In this document: positions 61,110-64,000 of the stretch, piece by piece
Layout of the letters: every line of letters begins with the position of its first letter
Numbering within the stretch: the first letter of the stretch is position 1
NCBI GenBank assembly: GCA_002449265.1
Contig: DKCV01000021.1
Span: forward strand, 45,777-109,776
Origin: Bacillales bacterium UBA6865
GTDB lineage: Bacteria; Bacillota_I; Bacilli_A; RFN20; CAG-826
DNA length: 64,000 nt
Direction of reading: 5' to 3'
Made by a program: the position numbers and the translations under genes
The notes under the pieces: model-generated
Database searches by the model: none
What the model saw: only the letters and a program-made list of their open reading frames with translations
Told to the model about the DNA's origin: nothing

Positions 61110-62758
61110 ATGCCAAAAATTACTTTAGAACACGTCACAAAACGCTATGGCGCTTTTTACGCCGTTGACGATCTTAATCTTACGATAGATGACCGGTCTT
61201 TTGTCACTTTGCTTGGACCAAGTGGGTGTGGAAAAACGACGACATTGCGTATGATTGCCGGTTTAGAAACCCCAACTTCTGGCAAAATTACCATTGGTGA
61301 TGAAGTAGTTTACGATAGCGAAGAAGGAATTAATATCCCTGCAAATAAGCGTCATGTTGGCTTTCTTTTCCAAAACTATGCGCTTTGGCCGCATATGACG
61401 GTCTACAAAAATATCACTTTCGGTCTACAAGAAGTGAAAGAAGAAATGCCACTTATTGCTACCGAATATAATAAATACATAGCCTTAGCCAAAGCCATCA
61501 AAGAACCAGCCCGCATCAAAAAGCAAATTGAATATTGCTACGATAAAAAAGGAAAACTTGATAGCGAGAAAGCCATCCGTTTCTTGATAGACGAATTTAA
61601 GATTTCTAGTTTTGCCGCGAAGGAACTATTCTCCTTGAAGATGTATGAATTAGAAGGAGAAGAACTAAAGCGCTTTGTTGAGAAAAATTACGATGAATAT
61701 CTCGATAAAGCAGATGAAGTTTTAGAGAGCATTGAAAATAAAGGCTTTACATTAAACGAAAAAGGCGAATATCTTCTCGATGGAAATCTTGTCAAAAAGC
61801 TTCGCAAATTAGACAAAGAAGAAATCGATCTTCGCGTTCGTCATGTTGCTCGTGTGGTCAAAATCGGAGAATTTATGGATCGATATCCTAGCGAATTATC
61901 AGGTGACAGCAGCAGCGTGTCGCTATCGCTAGAACCTTAGCGCCGGAGCCAAAAGTCATCTTCATGGATGAACCGCTTTCTAATCTTGACGCGAAACTTC
62001 GACTCGAAATGAGAAGTGAGTTAAAACGACTTCACATTGCGACTGGTTCGACTTTCGTTTATGTTACTCATGATCAGCAAGAAGCAATGACTTTAGCCAC
62101 GAAGATTTGCTTAATCAATAATGGCGTCCTTCAACAATATGATGCGCCTTTAGATGTTTATCGAGCGCCGAATAATCTCTTTGTCGCTGATTTTATTGGT
62201 AATCCAAGCATTAATTTCATCGAAGCAAAAGCCGCCCAAAATGGAAAGAAAATTTCCTTGTCTTTCTTTGACGGGACCGTAAAAGCTACCTTTGAGCCTT
62301 CCTTTGCTTTGAATCTATCCGCGTTCTGCAAAGAACGAGATGAAAGGATGAAAAAGGAGAGTGAAGAAAGAAAAGCGAAACTTTCCATGAAAGGGGCTGT
62401 AGAAAAAGATAATGCAGACCGCGCCTTCAATTATCGTATCGAAAAGGTTAATGGCGCGATTACGGCGGAAGAAGAACACAATATCGCCGAAGACATCTTT
62501 ATTTTAGGCATTCGTCCTGAATTCATTGACCTTCAAGAAGAAAATGGCATTGAGGCAGAAATTTATAGTGCTCTTCCGACTGGTATGGAGACAACCGTAA
62601 AAATTCGTATTGGCGAATATATCCTTACGGCAGTGGTCTTTGGCGGGGTAGATTATCGGATCGGGGCCAAAGCGAAGATTAGTTTTATAGGTAAGGAACT
62701 ACTCCTTCTTGACCGTAAATCAGGAAGAATCATTGCTGAGGGTAGCCTAAAACTATAA
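61110..62758 (+). pseudogene. MalK/PotA/FbpC-type ABC importer ATPase, disrupted by a -1 frameshift at about 61905 (or a sequencing error); carries a roughly 120-aa insertion in the helical domain
   Basis: The first ORF (Walker A GPSGCGKTT, Q-loop) ends ...YPSELSGDSSSVSLSLEP*. Inserting one nucleotide after ggtg at about 61905 restores [32 protein letters not shown], continuous with the second ORF, which carries the TOBE-like C-terminal domain. Confidence 0.6.
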
Positions 62759-62774
62759 AAACTAGTTTTTTGGA

Positions 62775-62810
62775 ATAGAAGCGAGCAAATATCTCGCTTC
62801 TATTTTCATT
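62775..62810 (+). terminator. Rho-independent terminator after the ABC importer operon
   Basis: ATAGAAGCGAG caaatat CTCGCTTCTAT followed by TTTCATTT. Confidence 0.55.
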
Positions 62811-62875
62811 TAAGCGCTCTCAGGCTTTTTATTCCTTAGAAAAATCAGTATACTTATTAGGTATTTCATAAATTT

Positions 62876-64000
62876 ATGGCATTTGGAATTCTTTATGACT
62901 ATTTGATGGGTCAATCAACCCACGCCTTCGATTATTTTGGTGCTCATTTTGGAACCCTAGAATTACCAGGGAAAAACAAAAATGAAAAGCCTACTATTTT
63001 ATCTGGCGTCTATTTCCGACTCTATGCGCCTTTAGCGGAAGACGTTTCTGTGATTGGTGAGTGGAATAATTGGGATGTTACCGCCAATAAGATGAAGAAA
63101 GTGGATCCCTGTGGTTGCTTTGAGACTTTTGTTCCAGGACTTCACAACTACGAATGCTATAAATTCCATTTTAAAAACGCGAAAGGGCAATACGTAGATA
63201 AGGCTGATCCTTTTGCTTTCTTTAGCGAAATGAGGCCACAATCTTGCTCCCGAGTATTCGACATTCGTAATTTTGCTTGGCACGATAAAAAATGGCTCAA
63301 GAACCGTAGTCGAAATTTCGATAACGCGATGAGCATTTACGAAATTCACCTTGGTTCCTGGAAGGGGAAAATCGATGGACGCTTCCCTAGCTACGAAGAG
63401 GTGGCTGATTACTTAATTCCTTATTTAAAGGAAACTGGCTATACCCATGTTGAGATTATGCCTATCACTCAATATCCTTTTGATGGTTCTTGGGGATACC
63501 AGACAACAGGCTTTTATAGTGTGGATTCGCGGTACGGAAATCCCTTCCAACTCATGAGCTTTGTTGACCGGCTTCATGAGGCTGGATTTGGGGTGATTTT
63601 AGATTTCGCCCCGGTTCATTTTGCAACCGATAGCTACGCTTTAAGGGAATTTGACGGCTCCCATTTATTTGAATATAGCGATGAAGCGCACGCTTATTCC
63701 CCTTGGGGAAGCTGCTTATTCGATTTAGGGAAGGACCCAGTCCGTTCTTTCTTAATGAGCGCGATGAACTATTTTTTAACCTATTTCCATTTTGATGGGA
63801 TTCGCGTTGATGCGGTGAGCAATCTTATTTATTGGGATGGGAATAAAAACCATGGCGAAAACGATGGGGCGCTTGAATTCATTCGTCGATTAAACGGCAA
63901 ACTTCATTACGAACATCCTTCGATTATGATGATTGCGGAAGATAGCACCGATTATTTAGGCGTGACGCGACCAGTTGAATACGGTGGATTAGGTTTCGAT
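62876..64000 (+). CDS. glgB: 1,4-alpha-glucan branching enzyme (5' part; continues beyond the window)
   Basis: Open from the ATG at 62876 to the window end. CBM48 region, GH13 motifs (DGIRVDAVSN, MIAEDST). Absent from the ORF track because no stop falls in the window. Confidence 0.9.
   Translation, partial: MAFGILYDYLMGQSTHAFDYFGAHFGTLELPGKNKNEKPTILSGVYFRLYAPLAEDVSVIGEWNNWDVTANKMKKVDPCGCFETFVPGLHNYECYKFHFKNAKGQYVDKADPFAFFSEMRPQSCSRVFDIRNFAWHDKKWLKNRSRNFDNAMSIYEIHLGSWKGKIDGRFPSYEEVADYLIPYLKETGYTHVEIMPITQYPFDGSWGYQTTGFYSVDSRYGNPFQLMSFVDRLHEAGFGVILDFAPVHFATDSYALREFDGSHLFEYSDEAHAYSPWGSCLFDLGKDPVRSFLMSAMNYFLTYFHFDGIRVDAVSNLIYWDGNKNHGENDGALEFIRRLNGKLHYEHPSIMMIAEDSTDYLGVTRPVEYGGLGFD

Noticed and set aside
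63032-63349. 105-aa minus-strand ORF
   Set aside because: It lies entirely antisense within the clearly recognisable glgB coding sequence on the plus strand, so it is a spurious frame.

Overview
This is a gene-dense, low-GC segment (about 36-38% GC) from a Firmicutes or Mollicutes-like chromosome. The genetic code is standard: pdp and mnmA both end at TGA, so TGA is a stop codon, not Trp. Together with the Gram-positive type replication genes (Firmicute dnaB, dnaI), T-box leaders and comEA/comEC, this suggests an Erysipelotrichia or Acholeplasma-type organism; that assignment is inference. Most of the window is core housekeeping.

Genes I can support from the sequence:
- Nucleoside salvage: a PNP/UDP-family phosphorylase and pdp.
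- RNA modification and translation: an RsmB/F-like m5C methyltransferase, dtd, mnmA, queA, fmt, rpsT, and alaS and thrS, each with a T-box leader.
- Transcription and competence: greA, comEA, comEC and a holA-like gene.
- Fatty-acid kinase pair: DegV/FakB and Dak2/FakA, next to a NUDIX hydrolase and a MazG-like hydrolase.
- Glycolytic operon pfkA-pyk-ROK glucokinase on the minus strand.
- Replication and repair block: dnaB (Firmicute type), dnaI, an in-frame mutM::coaE fusion, polA, dnaE, nrnA, and ackA.
- An apparent four-gene operon: MFS transporter, metal-hydrolase-like protein, response regulator, histidine kinase.
- A solute ABC importer (binding lipoprotein, duplicated permease, MalK-like ATPase) whose ATPase is broken by a 1-nt frameshift.
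- The 5' part of glgB at the window edge.

Accessory-looking or unusual content:
- Four very large MacB-like ABC-ATPase::FtsX fusion proteins in two tandem pairs (6525-12227 and 21285-26686), the first pair bracketing a secreted beta-rich orphan protein.
- A standalone ComEC-type metallo-beta-lactamase lipoprotein.
- An XRE-HTH plus DUF4065 (Panacea/SocA-like) protein inserted between comEC and holA.
- A 676-aa adenylation-PCP didomain protein beside fakB/fakA.
- A roughly 120-aa insertion in the helical domain of the importer ATPase.

No rRNA, tRNA, CRISPR array or transposase was recognised.
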